Assembly: GCF_025526975.1 (NCBI RefSeq) | Contig: NW_026515671.1 | Coordinates: 124,001-188,000, forward strand | Reading direction: 5' to 3' | Source: Fimicolochytrium jonesii | Lineage: Eukaryota | DNA length: 64,000 nt | Part shown: positions 12,714 through 27,845 of the stretch, piece after piece | How the letters are laid out: each line of letters opens with the position of its first letter | Numbering within the stretch: position 1 is the first letter of the stretch | The notes under the pieces: generated by a model | The model's input: only the letters and a program-made list of their open reading frames with translations | What the model was told of the DNA's origin: nothing | Database searches by the model: none | Made by a program: the position numbers and the translations under genes

Positions 12714-15700
12714 ATGGACGCCGCAACACGCAAATCCGTAGCCGGCGAGGCCCAGGGAGGCAGCAAACAGCCCTCGCAAAGCTCCTTCCTCACCGGCAGG
12801 CTCAACAACATCCCCGGCCGCTCTTCGTCCACCTCCATGACCTCCCGCATCGATGCCTCCAAACTCGCTGCGGGATGTCTGCAGGACCTGCCCGATCTGC
12901 AACAGGCCAAGAGTTCATCCAGAGACAATCTGTCTGGCTCGAGGGTCATGGCTGTGCAGTCAAACAGCCAGTACCGCTCCAGTCTTGACCAGCCACCCCA
13001 GCAGAAGCAGTCGCAGAGCACCCTGGCCAAAACTGCCATGAAGAATTCCATGAACAGCGTCCAGCGCAAACCAGCCGCGGTGTCGAGGTTCGGCTCCAAA
13101 CATGATGTCGAAGCCGGTGTTCCTATCGACCGAGATAGCGCGATTAAGGGTACGGCCCAGGCGGAGGATATTGTGGATGAAGGTTTGATGCGCAAGGCAG
13201 GCGGCAAGGAGGGTGTGATCAGTTTCCGTGAACCCAGGTGGAAGAAGTGGTTGTCGATCCGCACCACTATCATCGTGCTGTTCATGACGGCCCTCATCTT
13301 CAACGGGCTGTTTATCTTCATCTTCATGCTCTTGCGCAACCAGGAGAACGTCATGGTAGGCGTTATCAACCTTTCATCATGAATCCCAAACATACTCAAA
13401 TCTCGACCATCTCATCGCAGGACCTAGCAACCCAAATCCAAGACACAATCATCCAAGACATCACCGACCGCCTCCTAACCCGTCTCCGCGCCGCCGAATC
13501 CCTCGAACGCACCAACGTCGCCATGATCCGCGCCGGCACCCACAACGTCGAAACCGTATCCGGCCTGCAAGCCTACGCCGAATCCATGCAGCTGCTGCTC
13601 ACCGCTAACCCAAACACCTCCTCCGACGCATACGTGTTCCCGCTCAATGAGAATGGTGGCGGGTGCTGGGGCGCAATTTTCGGGAATGATAAGAAGTTGC
13701 AGAAGTGGAATGCGACGGGGACGCCGGCGTTGCCAGATAATAAGGCGAGGTTTTATACGTGGGGACATGATGAGAATGGGGATTATAATGTGCTGGTTAG
13801 TAATGGTACGTACCGGCCAGTGGCGGCTATGAGGGCGGATGCAAGGGTGATTCTCACGCATAGGTTACAGCATCGGCGTGGATCGACTATGATGACCCCA
13901 CATATGAGATGGTGTACAACGTCGAGCCCCGCATCAATCCCGGCGCGATGTTATGGAGTTCTCCCTGGGTGAGTTGCTTTGGCCTTTCAACCTTACCACT
14001 GATTCATCAAGCACTAACTCAATCCTGCTGTCTTTTTTCAGGTGTGGTGTGTATACTTTAAAGGTGATTTTAATTGCATCATATGTCGTCCTTGTGAGTG
14101 ATTATGGGCCTTCTTTCAGGAAAGTCGACAATCGCCCTTATGTGACACTGAGTATGGCTGCGATCAACCCGGCCGGCGTATGGGTTGGCATCGCTGGGAC
14201 TGACATTGCGGTACGAGAATTCGTCCAGGGAGTTGGTGGCTCACAGTTCGCTCATTTGCCACATTGCTAAATTCGCTGTACTACTTCCCACACAGCTCGG
14301 CTCCATCTCTCCCATCCTCCGCGAAGTCGCCACCAGCGCCTCCTCCGACGCGATCCTCCTCATCGTTAACCGCAAGGACGGCATGGTCGTCGGCGCCTCG
14401 GACCGCGACCTGTCCTACCGCTGCGACGGCCGAATGACCAACTCCGTCTGCGACGGCACCGTCAGCCTCCTCAAACCCGACAGCCAATACTTCCCGCAAT
14501 CCTACCACGACGCCGACAGGATCGTCATCGCGGAGTACGGCGGCTGGGACAAAGTCCACGCCAAACGTATCTTCACAGGAGATATCGACGGCCAGGCCAA
14601 ATTCCTCAACGTCGCACCCCTCGACACGGGCGCTTCCAACCTCCAATGGGCCGTCGTCCTAATGATCAACCAATCCGACTTCCTCTCCGGGGTCACCACC
14701 TCCCGCAACGTCGCCATCGGGGTCTTCTGTGGGTTGTTGGCGGTATCGATTGCTCTGACGTTTGTGTTTGCGATGGGGATCACAAAGCCGTTGGCGGATG
14801 TGACGGATAAAATGAACAGCTTGTTCAAGGCGAAGGCGGAGAAGATGGCTAAGTTGTTGGAGGAGGAGGGGACGGAGAGTGTGAGGTCGACGACGACGGT
14901 TTATGAGGATTCGAACTTGGTGGAGATTAGGCTTTTGCAAGGTATGCACGCGTTCTCTGAATCTTCATAGAAGGGGACACGCGTGGAGCGCACACATCCG
15001 CTTTCTCTCCTAGCATCTTTCCAGCAAATGAAAACGACAATTCAAGGCTTCCAGGTGCGTAACACTCACCCGCTCTGACCCACCGTCAACCCTCCATGCG
15101 CAAACCACCCCATCTCACCCCCTTCGCTCTCTTGTGCCCTAGAAATTCGTGCACCCATTGGTAGTCCAACGCATCGTCTGGAACGAACCCGGCGCCGCCG
15201 ATATTTGTGTCACGCGGAAGGAGGTGTCGATCTTCTTCTCCGGTATGTGCTTCTATCAGCAGGCCCCACGACATCTCGCCGAGGGATCTACATGCTAACG
15301 ACCATCTGATTTCCCCAGACATCAAAGACTTTACAGTCCTCTCCGAACGCCTCCCCGTCGCTGTCCTCATCACCATCTTGTCCAAGTATCTTGGTTTTAT
15401 GACTGAGATTATCGCACGGTTAGGGGTCCCACTCTTCCGTACTTTTGCGATATGTTTTGTGGCGATTGAACAATCTTGCTCTCTCTATTTGGGCGCAGCA
15501 CAGCTATGACGGCATCGTCGCGGATTTCATTGGTGATGCTATCATGGTACGCCAGATATCGCTTAGGTCGCGTTCACGCAATGGCTCAAAACTGACGGCT
15601 CTCTCTGTGATTTCTCATAGGCATTTTGGGAAGACAGCCCCAACCACGCGACGCTAGCGGTGCAATGCGCCTTGGACCAGCAGGCGGCGATGGCGACGTT

Positions 15701-16307
15701 CAATCAGATGTTGGCGGGCAAGGGGTATGAGCCCATGTCGGTGCGCATGGGGTTGCATGTGGGGACGGTGCTTGTCGGGAACATCGGGTAACGTAAACAT
15801 CGAAGCAAGCATATCAACGAGGGATGCAAATGGGGACTCAGCATTGTGCAACGCAAATGTATACACCCCAGATCCGTCCACCGCCTCAAATACGGCTGCG
15901 TCGGCGACGACGTCAACCTCTGTTCCCGCCTCGAAGGCCTCAACAAACGCTACAACACCAACATCGTCCTCTCCGACGAAATGGCCCGCCAACTCCCCCC
16001 TCTCTTCGAAACCCGCGCCCTCGAACAAGTCATCGTGAAAGGCCGGAGCACCGCAACATACCTACACGAGCTCTGCGGGACGCGCGAGGGGGTATCACCG
16101 GCCATCGCTGAGCGCAATCTGACGTTTGACGCCCTGAGGAAGAGGGTGGAGGTGTTGGAGGATGTGGAGGGCGAAGAAGGGATGACGTTGTTGGAAGAGG
16201 TGGAAAGGTATTTGATGAATTATCCGGGGGATACGGCGGGGGCGCTGTTGAGGGATCGGTTGACGAGTGGGCATTTGTCGGGGCCGGTTAAGTTGATGGA
16301 GAAGTAG
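12714..16307 (+). CDS. Membrane receptor class III nucleotide cyclase (TM - Cache-like sensor - TM - HAMP - cyclase), multi-exon
   Basis: TM IIVLFMTALIFNGLFIFIFMLL; WVGIAGTDIA and LQWAVVLMI (Cache-like); GITKPLADVTDKM (HAMP); SIFFSDIKDFT, DFIGDAIMAFW, RMGLHVGTVLVGNIG, YGCVGDDVNLCSRLEGLNK. Confidence 0.9.
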
Positions 16308-17230
16308 GGGTGTGGACTGAGGGAAGGCGCGATTCTGCTTTTGCGCCCGGCTAGTAGGACTGTGGTCCGCTTCGTGGCTGTCTTTTTGGGTTCTTTTGGG
16401 GGCATTCTCTGGAGGGAAGATAACATTGCAAGACTGACACGAGGCATTCTTGATACGATACCATGTCCCTCAGTCCCGCTTCATCAGGTCCATCTGCCAT
16501 CACTCGACTACCCGAGTTATTTCTGGTTGCAATGTATGTTGTACATATGAGCAAAGGTTCGTCTGCCAATGTCCATCGTAGATATCTGGAAAGCCAATCG
16601 CCTTCCGGGCCCGACCAGACCTCAAAGTGTATCCGGGTGCGCTTCCCTTGAACCGGACTCCGGAAAACTCATTCTGTCTCGGTTCGGATATGGTCCTTAC
16701 CTGCCCGAACGAATGCATGCATATTTCGGGGCAGTTTATGCCAAAAACACGGAAAAGCGTCGAGCAACCAGTTCAGTTTTTTTTGACAGGTTTGCTTACG
16801 CGAACCAACGCGTGCTTTGTCATGCTGTCATTTTGCGTTTGCACACCAGCGAACGCGGTTACAGCAGAGGTCCCCTACTTGCCAGGACATCCTTGCGAGC
16901 TTTCACCGTCGATCCCGAATCTGAAATCTGAAAAGGGTGCGACCCCGTGTGTGAATGCCCGTGTGCGTGCGGGTGACACGGCAGGGGCCCGATATCGAAG
17001 TGAACCTGGATGCGCTCAAAAAACGAGATGATGACCACGTACGGGACCCCACTTGAACGTCCTGGCCCAAATTCTTTTCTTCGAAACGTTTATGTACTGG
17101 CGCTTTTCGGCCCCCAAAAAGGAAGGATATGCTACATGTTCCCGTTTGTGTCGCAGAGGTAGATATACATTGTGCGTTGGCGGGTATGGTACGCGATGTT
17201 ATGTCCCCAGGTTGTTTGATACACGCCAAA

Positions 17231-20200
17231 TCACTTTTCAACCCCCTGGCCCTCCCCCAAACACTGCCCGCGTTCCCGCATCTCCCTCAAAACCCGCCGG
17301 ACCTCCTCCCTCACAACCCACCGGACACACCACACGACCCCTGCGGCGACGACTACCCCCACCACCGCGCGGACGACCCAGTATCCCCAGTTCCACCCGC
17401 TTCCGCCTTTACGGGTCCCATTCTCCCCGCCACTCCCGGGCCGTTTAGTCGCAGGCACAAAAGCCCGCACCCCAGCCTCACCAGCCGTCGCCGTGCTCGG
17501 CCACATCCTCGCCAGCGCACTGGCCGTCGTCGTGGCTGCAGCTGCGTGACCCGCGCTGACGCTTCGATGCTTGGCAGGCAACAGGGCGTCGATTTTAGCG
17601 CGCCGGGCTTCATTCTTTGCGAGCGCGGCCAGTTCGAGTTCCAGGGGGTGCGTTAACGGCGGCGGGGGCGAGGGGGTGGATGTTGACGTCGTGTCTCGTC
17701 CGCCCGCGTGGTCTTCTGCGCTGTCTTTCACATCGATGTCAATATCGCTCTCCGCTTCCTCCTGCTGCGTTCCATCCCCACTCTCAACCTCACGCGATTG
17801 TGGGTTCGCTTCACACCACTCCCTGACAGCCCCCTCCAGAGCGTTATGATACTCCCTCAACCCCTCGGGCACAGCCGCGTTGATCGGTGTCTTCAACCAG
17901 GAAGATTTGAGCCATTCGACTTGGCAGGAGACGCGCAATCGTGTGTGACATGAATTCGATATGGGCGATGCGGACGAGGGCGGCACAGAGGTAAGGCAGA
18001 GCTTGAGCCGCGATTGGAAGGCTGTGCCGGAGGGAACGTCGGGGGTGCGGGAGATTTGGAGGATGCATATTGATCTACGTTGTACAGAAGCGGATAAGAT
18101 GATGAGATAACTGAGGTGTATGCGTCCTGAGTGTGATGGGGTGTGTTTGTAACGTACCGCCCCTCATCCCGCTTAACAACGGTTTCCTCGAGTTTACACT
18201 GGGTCTGTTTCGGGCCTAACCGCGATCCAAACCAACCATCCGTAAGCAAAACTCCCATCCCTCCCATCTCGCAAAACGAAGGAAATGACAAAACCTTACC
18301 AATAGCCCCACTCAACGGAACAACATACGCCAATTTCCTCTTCCAGCCCACCCCAACCGCGTCATACGTCTGTGGACTCGTCAACGCCTCGCTGTCGAGT
18401 GGGACGTCCGTCTCCGGGTCCGGTAGATCCCCATTCGGAGGCGGGTTCCAATCAACGAGTTTAAAATCTACGAGTTGGAGGCATTGTCAGTCAACGATTC
18501 GTGGGGGTGATAGTTAACGTGATACATACCGTGACACTTCCGCCCCACCAAAAACCACCTCAAAAAGCCTTCCCTACTGTCCCTCAACCCATACATCAAC
18601 CGCCACAATACATGTACAGGCACCGGAAACACCGCGTTCAGAACGGGTGTCATGGCGTCGTGTTCGGGGCCGCAGGCGCAGTCTGCTGGTGTCGCCTGTT
18701 GTTGTTGTTGTTGCTTCAAGGGCCGTTTTTTCTTCTTAAGTGAGCGGGCGTGCGTTTGGGTGTGGGGGTGCGCGTGCGGGCGTGGATGTGATGTTGGTGG
18801 TGGCGTAGGTGGTGATGGAGCTGCCACATTGAAGATATCCGCCTGCACGACCTCCTCACCCCCGGCTTCCCCACCACCACCAACAATCTGTTCATCGCCC
18901 TCACCGCGAATGCCGTTCACACCCTCCCCACCAACATCCTCCCAGGCCCCCTCCTTCTCAACCACCTCCGATCGTTCAGTTTTGGGTTTTCCTGTGTGCC
19001 GGCGGTGGAGGGTTGGAAGGGTTAGGGCGGGTGCGATTGAGGTTGAGGCTGGGTCGGTGGGATCGGAGGATGGGAGTGGGTGGTCGGTGGTGGGTTGGTG
19101 AGTAGAGGAGTCACGCGCTTTTCTGCCGCCATCTGCGACGGATGGCGGGATGACTTTATCGGTTGACATTGTGGTGGTTTCCGAGTCGCTTGCTGAGGCG
19201 ACGCCGACTTTGCTTTTTGGTGTTCGTTTCCGTGGTTTGGTGTGGTCTTGGAGGGAGTCGGCGGAGTGGCTGCGGGATGTTGGTTGTTTTTGGGGTGCAG
19301 ATGTTGGTGTCGGTGCGGAATTTGGTGAGATGGTGGTGCGGCCTCTTGTATCGTCCTTCGCGGCTAACCCCTCGGCCGTCACATCATCCACAGCCAACTC
19401 CTCAGTCTCATCCTCAACCGGCTTTTTAATCGTCCGTAACTGAAACGACTTCTTCGCCGACAAATCCCACAACCTCACCAGCAAACAAAATGACTCCTCC
19501 CTATGCAGAAAGCTCGCAAAAAAGTACTTGACATCGCCCACAGAGACCTCGATCGCATTCGGTATAATCGCCGCCACATTCCGTTTTTCCAGCGCGGTGA
19601 TGCTTGCAAACGGCAATTCCACCGAATGCACCCAGCCGAGGATATTCGCATAGAAGCAGACATGCCGTTCCGAGATGTACATGCGGCCTTGTATGAGGAC
19701 CTCTTTTTGCCACGCGCAAGAAAAATCGTCGACGAGGAGGTCGTCGCGCGGGAGGGTGGGGAAGAGGTCGTGGAAGTCTGTGTTGCGTTTTTTGGAGGCA
19801 AGGGAGAAGCCGAGAGAGTCTGGGGAGGCGAGGAAGGCGACGGCGGCTTCGGCTACTGAGTCGCCGTTGCGGGTTGTGAGGCTGGAGCGGGGGTAGGTTG
19901 TTGAGCCGCGGCGGGAGGATTTGTGGGAGTTGGTGGTGGTGGTGTCTACCTCGAGTTTGGTGTTGCTGATGTTGCTATTGCTGCCGCCTGCGCTACCGGG
20001 CATTCGGAAGAGGTTGGATCCAAGCATCTCGCTCTCTGTGACGGCCTTTGCCAATGTGCTTTTGACTACTTCCCTCACCGACTGAGACCGTCTCATCCCA
20101 GCCGCGCCGGAAAAGAATGATTCGCCTGTATCGCCTTCGCTCCCTGAATGATTGAGCGAGTCAATATCCCTCGCCTCCGCCTCGCTATTAGCAGCCTTTC

Positions 20201-20657
20201 GTGCCTTTGCCGCCGCCGCCGACCCATCGCGATCCGAGAACGTTTTTGTGAGCCACGGTAGGGATTTCGCACTCAGGGCGGAGAACGCTTTCTGCGCGCT
20301 GGATGGCGGTGATGGGTCTGTTGCGGGTGGAGAGTTAGACGATGATCTTTTGAGAGGTTCCGATGATAATGCATTCGCAGATGTGGAGGTCGGTGGCGAT
20401 CCACCGGTGTTCAGTTTTGAGCGAACAAAGGGAAGGTTCTGCATGGAAGGGGAGGTGAGAGAGCCGAGGGAAAAGACGCGGCGGACTTCGTTGCTGAGAG
20501 CGCTGGCAGCGGACTGGCCGGCTGGAGCGAGAACAGGAACAGGTACGGGTATCGCCGCTGCTGCCGCGGGAGCTTGTTCCTTCGACTGCATGTCTTTTGA
20601 GTTTGGTGTTAGCGAGACGTCCGGTGGGGATGACTCTGGGGATGACTCGCTCGCCAT
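17231..20657 (-). CDS. GRAM + VASt/StART-like sterol transfer protein (LAM/Ysp2 family) with C-terminal TM
   Basis: RNTDFHDLF..DDFSCAWQKEVLIQGRMYISERHVCFYANILGW (GRAM); WKRKLAYVVPL, GPKQTQCKLEE, LRVSCQVEWLKSSWLKTPI (VASt); C-terminal hydrophobic helix. Confidence 0.88.
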
Positions 20658-21706
20658 GGCGATGATTCCGAACGAGGACTGTATATATATATATATATGT
20701 AGGTAACTATGCTACAACAGGAGGCCCCGTCTTCCGCTCCGCAAGACTAATTGAGGTTGGTGATGGAATGTATGGGGAAGGTCTGCGAGCTGTTCCCATA
20801 AATACTGCGTAATAAAGCCCCGGGGATTGAGGGCCTTCACCGAGTGACCTTGATGCGAGTCCGTGCGAGGGGCGTCACGTCATGAACCGACGGCCAAGGA
20901 CCACGTCACCCCACAAACAGACAAGCCCCACGTCAACCCCACCAGACCGCCTCTCACTGAGGGGGATTCCGCTCGGAGCTGATATGGGTGCTAGCGAGGC
21001 GGAGAACCCTATAAGGCAGGCGACATTTATCTGGCGGGAAGGAGCCCCGACCTACAAATTAAAGGCGCATACGACCGGCGGAGACCTGGAGGCCGAGCAT
21101 CTGACCTTGTTCGTCCACCAGCTTTGTAAAGAAGTCATTCATTCACCTTTTCGCCCCAGGCCCTTCTTGGAAATCCGGGGACATCGCATGAGCGTACCAA
21201 AGCTGATGCTGTAGTATCATGCCTGGCCGAGACCGCTTCCCAGTAGCTTATTTCGAGGGTTCACATCGTCAATGGATAACATATCGGCCGCTATGTCTGC
21301 GGCGTTGTTGCAAACATCAATCAGCAACAGATCTGAGACACACTAGATATAGAGCCTATCAACCGACATACCCCGCACATCCAGATTTAGACAGTCGGAG
21401 TGTGTCTCAGCAAACACGCACAGTTTTGCCGTAGACAAGACCCAAATAATCACATCCAAGCTTCTTTTTGTGTGAAGGACCCTCATTTGATATCTTATTA
21501 TCCAGATCTTATTCTTACAGTTTATCCTCAACTCCATACCTCATCCCTCAAAACGACTATAATATACAACAAACAAAAAATCCCCCCACACCTGCGATCT
21601 GTTATTTTATACAAAAGGGGGAGCGTGTCCTCGGCATGGGCTTCTCCCTTTACATTGACACGGAAGGTATTTTGCGCGGCAGACGGGAGTTGCGGTTTTG
21701 CTTGGT

Positions 21707-23958
21707 TTATTGCTGGCTTGCTTCGCCGGGCATGATGACCTGTACGAGGGATGTGGAGTGGTGAGTATTTGGGTGAGGGGAAGACAGAAAAAAGGCCACA
21801 TCAACGTACATCGTCAATCTTGAGAATCATCTTAACCAACTGAGTCGCCAAATGGAACTGGGATCGCTTCGAGATCAACGGGTCGAACACCGTAAACTCG
21901 CGCATATCGTTCGATCCATTCAAGTTGCAGTCAATGCCCAGACGCGGGTTGGCTTCGAGGGCCTGGCGGGACTTGACTTCCGCGAGGGTCTCGATAGGCG
22001 ACAAGCCAGAGTTCTCCGCGAGGGCCAGCGGGATCGCGTCGAGGGCGTTGGCGAAACCGCGCATGGCGTACTGCTCGATGCTGGAGATCTCGTCGGCGGC
22101 TTGGGAGACGGCGAGCGAGCAGGCGATCTCGGCGGCGCCACCTCCGTAGACGATGCGGTTGTCGCGGACGAGATTGCGGACGACGCAGATGGCGTCGTGC
22201 AAACTGCGCTTGGCTTCGTCGATGATCTGTGAATGTATTACATAAGTGTCAGGAATCCCACAAAGGTCACTGAGCGGGTAGTCAAGTATCATACCATCTT
22301 GTTACCGCCTCGGACAAATAAAGTGACGGCACGAGTGTTCGCACATTCCTCAATAACCAGCATGCGGTCCTTTGTGGTTCCAAAGGAGATCTCACGCACG
22401 ACTCCGGCCTTTCCTAACTTCTCCTTGCTCAGCTCCTCGAACCGCGGCACGATCCTTCCGTTGGTGGCAATGGCAATCAGCTCAATCTCCGGTCCTCCGA
22501 CCCATCGGACAGCAGGCAACTGGTTTTGCAAAAGCAGATGATTCGCCTCGTCATCGAAACCCCATTGGCATATGACCAGGTTGGCTCCAGCGTCCTTGAC
22601 CTGCTTCACCATCTCCTCAAACTTCTCCTTCTCGTACTTTTGCAGCTTCTGGTATTCCTCAACGGACGTAATGTCGAGCTTGTGCTTGGTTTTGGGCTTT
22701 GGGGGCTCAAACGCGCAGGTGAGGATGGCTATCCTGGCATCCCTGATCTCCTTGGGCATTTGGGGGTGCGACATATCCTTGTCTACGACGACTCCGAAAA
22801 CCAGCTTGGAGTCCTGCAGGGATCCTCCGAGCTTGCCATCAACCTTGATAAGCTCGAAGTCAACGTCTTTCCTCTCCAAATCAGCCACGGACAAAACAGC
22901 GTCCACAGCCATTTGGGCGAACTGGTCGTGGCATTTAGATACGCTGCGCAAAAAAAGCAGCCGTAAGTTGATAATTCGAAACGCAGCATCTACCAGGATC
23001 TCAAACGGCAAGCCTTACATTTTCGATCCCAGGCACGTCTTTGCCGTCTTCAACAAAATCTCAGTGTTCTCCTTGTCCACCTTGATCTCATCGGCAATCT
23101 TGTCCAACTCGGCAACAGCCACATTACATGCCCGCTCGAAACCGTCGGAAATTCGGATAGGGTGAAGACCCTTGTTCAACAGAGTTTCCGCCTGCTCGAG
23201 CAGCGCACCCGCCAGCACAACGACACCCGTTGTCCCATCTCCGATCTCGTCGTCTTGACTCTTCGATAGTTGCACTAGAAGTTTCGCAATCTGGTGCTCG
23301 ACCTCCATTTGACTCAGAATAGTCGCTCCATCGTTCGTTATTGTAATATCACCATCGGGAGAGATCAGAATCTTATCGAGACCTATGGGAATAGTTTTGC
23401 TCAGCAAATGGCATTCCGACTGGCGGCCAGGCAAAGCCTTTCTCGCAAGGTACTCACCTCGTGGTCCTAATGACGTCTTCAAAATGTTTGCTACCGTCCG
23501 CGCAGCCAGGATATGTGACTAAAGTGCGTGGAAATATAGATCAGATCTCGGAATTCGCATGCTATCCCGCAATTTGCCACACCAAGTCCCGCCAACACCG
23601 CTTGGCCACCCAACACAGTAGTGACGAGTATTTCTAGAGTATTTGGTGTCCGTTCGCGCGGTCGTGAATGGGAATGTCGCCCCAGATCGCATGTTGGGAT
23701 CTAGATTGGTCATCGCGTCCTTCCTCGTTCCACATTCCCATCGGCAATGTCTGCCAAATGCCCGCGAAAGCTGCACCGTTCAAGCACCAGCATCTCGCCG
23801 CACCCGTCTCTGCCGTCACGGTAGGTGCTCCCAGGGTCAACAATGCCTACCTTCTGCGCCTCAATCCCTCTAATGCGACTCTTCTTGCCCTGCTCACGCA
23901 GGATAATGACGGGCCGACCGTACTCGTCGGTGGCGTAGACAGCGTCCATTCCGTTCAT
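21707..23958 (-). CDS. CCT5: T-complex protein 1 subunit epsilon, multi-exon
   Basis: [87 protein letters not shown]. Last exon [10 protein letters not shown]. Confidence 0.97.
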
Positions 23959-25889
23959 AGTGGATAGTTAACTTCCTCGTTGTCCGAGTTCTCAGATGGA
24001 TGGATGGATGGATGGATAGAGTGCTCGTCGTCGTTGTTGGTTCGTCGTCGTCGTCCCCTGATGGATGGATTCGCAATTCGAGCGCAGTCACTTCAATGCG
24101 GGACGCGTCCGATAATTGAACGAGAAGTGTCCGATTCACATTGAGTTGCCAAACCCTCGTCCATTTGAGACTCCGATGGGAGGCAAAGGGACAGGCCAGG
24201 ACTGATACACAAAATCACTCTTACTGCGACATGCCTCAGAGATTCGAGGACAAGTTGTCATGGTATATATGTCTAATCGGCTCGAAATGAGCCAGAAACG
24301 CAATAACGATATCACTTCGTTTGGAGCGTGCTTGGTTGTAGAGGAGCAGCAGCAGTTTATCAGCTTCGAGGACCTAGCAATCCACATTCACATTGATCAT
24401 CTTCCGAGAAGCTCTGGAACGGATGACCAATGCTTGATGGGCATGCATCAAAGTTTCTCATTATGTGCCGCCTCATCCGACATTGATCACTTTTCCAATT
24501 CCGCCCCTCAACTAGATGTACATACACCTGCCGCAATTTTTTGTATATCTGGACTGGACTGTCATATGTGGTCGCTTGGTGCAAAGTATATCAATGACGG
24601 GTCGAGGTTGAAAACAGCGCCCGACGCGCTCCCTTCTGAGCAGCTAGGATCGAGTCGGGGTCCTCGTCACGCAATGCTCATCCCGATTGACAAGGTTCCC
24701 GGTGTCATACATTACTTGCAAAATACATCCCACACAACGTTGGTTTCCGTACCGGTGCCAAATCGAGCATCGCTGGTTGCTCCCTCTGAGTGTCAGCATA
24801 CTGGCTGGTGAATTGACGGAAATTTTGGTAAATTCGCTTCTAGTTCCCGTACCCACTTCATATACTGTATATATAGCTGCAGGAGATCAGATCAGCTTTG
24901 CCTCCATGCTCGTGGAGCTCATCCGCTTATCTTTCAGCGGTAGGGTCACATATGCGGCATGGAGGAGCATCTGCGCCCGAAGTCCGCTGCAATGTCTCGC
25001 GAACGAAGTCGTCTGTCCAATCGGGCGATGTGAACTGCAGCGGTGCCATGAAGCAGGCCATGTCTGTATAGTCAAGAGCGGAACTAGGACGTCCCTGGAC
25101 CAACGTCCTTGCCCAAACAAGCCGCATCCCATCTCGCATTCAAGACACCTCATGCAACTGTCCGACTCTGATATCCTGTATCGGGTTCCCGTCAGATACT
25201 CTCTCAATGGACGCTGCCGGCGGTTTGAAATTCCCCCAAGTCCTTTCCGTTGACAACATTCCAGCACGGTGTCGAAAGTGGAAAGCCGCTCGACGACGCG
25301 ACGCGTACAAACGTGTCTGTGTCGCCGTGAGGTCCGTGGACCGACAACAGTTGGCGCCTCGAAGTTCCGAAGACCTTAATGCTTGTCGATCCTCTCAACA
25401 ACACCTGCATTCCCGGTCTCCCACTGGACTTCAAGAGCAGCATCCCGCCGTCCATGTCCGTGGTTACTCGTCATGAAGTTCGGTTGAAGGAGGCGTGAGT
25501 AGGTCTTGTGGCCTGTTCCCCGCTATGTGTCACCACGGCCTTGCTCCCTTTTTCCCCATCGATGCCCTCATGCAAACGACGTCGACGGGGAAAGTCTCCA
25601 AGCAGCCTCCGTTGGGAGATTGGTAGGAGGGCTTTCTTCCGGATTCTTTGATTAGCCCCCACCTCAATCGTCATAATAAAGAAGTGTGTGAACCCGGTCC
25701 CTGCGCGCCTCGCTTCGCTTTCGCTTTCTTTCTTTCCAAACCAGCAACTGCACACTCAGATTATACCCATTCACCCAACTTCATCAACAGGTAAGGCGGC
25801 GCATCGTGCTCTCCTTTGCCCCTCCCCCACTTACCAAAACCCGTCTTACGCTCCTTGCTTTCGCCTACCCTCCATTGTGAACTACAGCC

Positions 25890-27067
<1,178 letters not shown>

Positions 27068-27512
27068 GTCGAGATAGGCAGTATGTAACGTAAAATGAAC
27101 TCCCCATGGCGTAGTGAAAAGCGTAGTGTGTATTCAATGTATATACCATCCCTCCCATAACCTGGGCGTAGTGATAGCCCCGTAGGCGGAAATCTCTTCT
27201 TTATGAACATTGCGTTCAAGAGTGTTATCCCTTCGCCAACGATTATTTTCCCAATCGATATAATATGAAGAGGCCATGGTTGTGGGATAGAGCGCAGACG
27301 AGTCAGTAAGACGTTGATGCGATACATAGGCCATCGGAGTCATGGACACAAAGCCTTTGAAAAAAAAAGTCCGGAAGGTTTGAACTCGGAAGGAGAACCG
27401 TCCGATGTCCATTCCTTTGCGCGTGACGCAAATCGTTGTTGGGCTCTAAGCAGAGCTTGAGCGGAACGGTGTATCGCTATCTTGAAGAAGATGCTTAAAA
27501 CCGTACCTTAAT

Positions 27513-27845
27513 GTAACGGGAGACGATTGGGTTGACAAACTGCCGTTGTTGGAGTTTGCCTACAACCGTACGCAGAACAGCACTGGATACTGCCCTTTTG
27601 AGGTTGATTTGGGTAGAATTCTGCAGCCGCCGATGCATTGGCAAGTTGACGCAAAGGTGTTGCAACGTATGGACGCTACGTCGATCCCATTCTTGCATAA
27701 GTCACGACGTGAGCTCATTGTACAGATGGAGAAGCGTGCTGAGGCATACCGATCCATTGAACTCATAGTGCAGCAGAGACTGCGGGAAGCCCAGGACAAA
27801 CAAGCGAAGTATCATGATCGTGGACGTCATGTACAGAGCTTTAGT
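27513..27845 (+). mobile_element. Ty3/gypsy LTR-retrotransposon integrase C-terminal relic
   Basis: DDWVDKLPLLEFAYNRTQNSTGYCPFEVDLGR...LREAQDKQAKYHDRGRHVQSF matches the typical gypsy W..LP..EFAYN...STG..PF..GR / AQ..Q...D..R pattern. Confidence 0.85.

Noticed and set aside
24136..25500. ORFs of 180+ aa between CCT5 and THI4
   Set aside because: No recognisable motifs and no coding-like composition; treated as divergent intergenic DNA or unrecognisable decay.
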